A stretch of 64,000 bases of DNA from assembly GCA_002633005.1 (NCBI GenBank), contig NMRA01000249.1:395762-459761 (forward strand), written 5' to 3'. Of the stretch, positions 61,587 through 64,000 are shown piece after piece. Within the stretch, counting starts at the first letter, position 1; each line of letters opens with the position of its first letter. Source of the DNA: Phoronis australis. Taxonomy: Eukaryota > Animalia > Phoronida. The notes beneath the pieces are model-generated. The model worked only from the letters and a program-made list of their open reading frames with translations. It did not search any database and was not told the DNA's origin. The position numbers and the translations under genes were made by a program.

Positions 61587-62976
61587 TAGTCACTGGCATT
61601 TCTTGGAGACGTGTATTATTCCGAAGCAATTTTTCTTTCGTTGGACAGACACGCTAATTTTGTTCAATGATTGTTCAGGTCCTATTTGTCTTATGTACAT
61701 GTAATATTTATGGGTTCATATAAAAGATGACTGTATCGTCAAAATTGTACGTTACGTACTGAAATTTTAAAGGTAAATGTTTTTGCCATAAAGGTGTTCC
61801 TAGAGCTTTGATGCTTGCAATAATCTTTATCGTGTTATAATTTTGAGAAATATTCGTAATTGAAACTGTTTAAGGTCATTGACAATAGCTTATGTTTTGA
61901 TTTGTAGACCATTGTGTGTTATTAGATGGAAAGTTCGGTTTGTAACGGTCTGGAACGGGAGAGCGTGAAGAATAACGAGACATAGGTAAAGCTGCAGTAG
62001 ACTACACGCCACATTTAACGGAGTATCATTTACTAAGTTTAGTTTTAAAGATTATAAAACAATTTCAAAAAACGACAACAGGGTATTAATCCAAAATGTC
62101 AGGAATGAGACTGGGTGACTTACACGTAGGTGTACATGTAGCTCTAGAGTCGACAAAACTGCCGAAAAAATTAGCGACATATTCGAATGGTGATAAAAAC
62201 GACCCCAAAATGTCCAATTTTCGGACTTATGAAACCTCACCCTGTGCTTCAGTGTCCAATAACCACACCAGCTGGCACCTATTCTATCTATATATCTAGG
62301 AGAGTGAAACATCACATAAATCTCTGGACAACTTCAGAAACACAGAGAACATTGTCGTGGCAAGAAATAAGAGATTGGGATCCATTCGCGTTAGTATGTT
62401 TTTCCATACGAAAAAATGTATCTACTACTCTCTTCCGCAAAGTCTGAATTTGCGTCTAAAGAGTGTACCACAATACTTCATGCAGTAACACTCATATTGC
62501 GTACACTGACCTTCACTTTTCTTGAGGGAAGCTTTCTCGTTTGTACTTTTTGTGTAATTCTTGTTTTCTTTTTTTTCTGAGTGTTTTTACATGCATTGCT
62601 CATGGACGGCGCACCATAGGGGTCTGGGGGATATAGCCTCTCACTTTTTGAATGCTACGCCGCACATGGTCTATAGGCGGTGAACCACGGGGGATGAGGA
62701 GGTTTTAGCCCACCCCCCTCCCCCCCACTTTCAGTGCTGCGCCACCCGTGTTGCTGCTGGAGGGTGTGTTTTATGCTATTTACTTTTACTTTTTTATGAG
62801 ATGTAAATATAGTGCTGTTCTGGTCTCAATGAACAGATGATTGAAAATGAGGCATTTATTCATTCTAAATATACATGTCAACACATAAGTTAAACTTACA
62901 TTTTGCTTCAGTTAGAGAGAGGGAAATAGAGAGAGAGCAGTTTAATCGCCCTGAAAGTTTTACAGTTCACGACGTA

Positions 62977-64000
62977 TAGACCGGGATCCGAGAGCTTTTT
63001 TGGGCATGAAAAGGTAACCAATTTTCCTTGGTGCCACAATGGTCTATGGGTATCCTGATGCTTGGAAAGGGTCGTCTGGCAGGCTCGCTCTGGCGGGTGT
63101 GGTCAGGGGAGCCAAGAGAATGACACTAAAAAAATGAGCTAGATCAACTTTTCTGGTAACCACTTCAAACTGCCTCTGATACCTCCTACGTAATCCACTG
63201 TATCAAAATTGGTCAATGCCAGACAATTTCCGTGGTGGGGAGTATCAGCCAGACGGTTACAAACAAGGTCAAAAAATTCAGCTAGATCAATCCAAGAGGT
63301 AACCGCGTGAAACCAGTTGCAAAATATTCACTGTGAGCCCAGGTATCACGAATGAACACTGCCAGACAAATCTAGTTGTGGATTAGCCCCGCCAGACACC
63401 CCCAAATACCCGAGTTGGGCTAGATCAATCCATCAGGTAACCGTTTGAAACCAATTGCACGATGTTCAGTATCACTGTACATGGCACAAGTGTTAGATGC
63501 CAGACAATTTCAGTGTTGGGGTGCCCCTGCCAGACAATTATCTAAAAGGGCTAAAATTCAGCTAGATCAATCCAAGAGGTAACCGCTTAAAACCAGTTCC
63601 AAAATATTCACCGTAAGCCCAGGTATCACGAATAAACACTGACAGACAAATCTAATGGTGGGTTAGCCCCGCCATACACGCCCAAAGACCTTAGTTGACC
63701 TAGATCAACCTACGAGGTAACCGTTTGAAACCAACTGCACGATGCTCAGCATCACTGCATGTCGCACAACAGTAAGATGCCAGACGATTTCAGCGGTGGG
63801 GTGTCCCTGGCAGACGACTAAAGAAGCGCTAAAATTTAAGGTAAATCAACCCAAGAGCTAACCGCATGGAACCAGTTGCAAAATATTCTACGTAAGCCCA
63901 TGTATCATAAATAAACACTGCGAAACAAGTCTAGTTGTGGATTAGCAATGCCACACACGTGCAAATATCTGAGTTCGACCAGATTTACTCGCCAGGTAAC
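62977..64000. mobile_element. Left end of a second Academ-like element with a subterminal satellite array, running off the window
   Basis: Begins TAGACCGG like the 15798 element; ~141-bp units with gctagatcaa/ggtaacc/ccagacaa motifs in a ~283-bp dimer period (63271, 63553, 63835). Confidence 0.75.

Overview
AT-rich, intron-containing animal genomic DNA, most likely a marine invertebrate (inference from gene and transposon content), with three single-N scaffold joins at 11963, 16862 and 25634. Two host genes lie on the + strand. (1) The 3' part of an SLC6 Na+/Cl- dependent transporter: 11 exons between 587 and 12740, with the TM12 exon not found. (2) A gene the ORF track shows only in fragments, assembled here from 10 phase-compatible GT-AG exons between 20861 and 61586. 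It encodes a 404-aa protein: signal peptide, two tandem modules of an 8-Cys domain plus a Thr/Ser stalk, and a GPI-anchor-like tail. The two Cys domains are ~99% identical in DNA while the surrounding duplicated introns are clearly diverged, which points to exon-focused gene conversion. The rest is transposon-derived: an Academ element with both ends and a CAT target duplication, a second Academ end, tandem Academ transposase relics, two TTAA-flanked Kolobok derivatives, a three-level nested insertion, Penelope-like, Ty3/Gypsy and LINE relics, tRNA-derived SINE heads and MITEs. The most striking window-wide signal is the palindrome TACATGTA (over 40 copies by eye). Paralog alignments repeatedly show it arising as a CATGTA insertion at a TA, the classic Tc1-type excision footprint.
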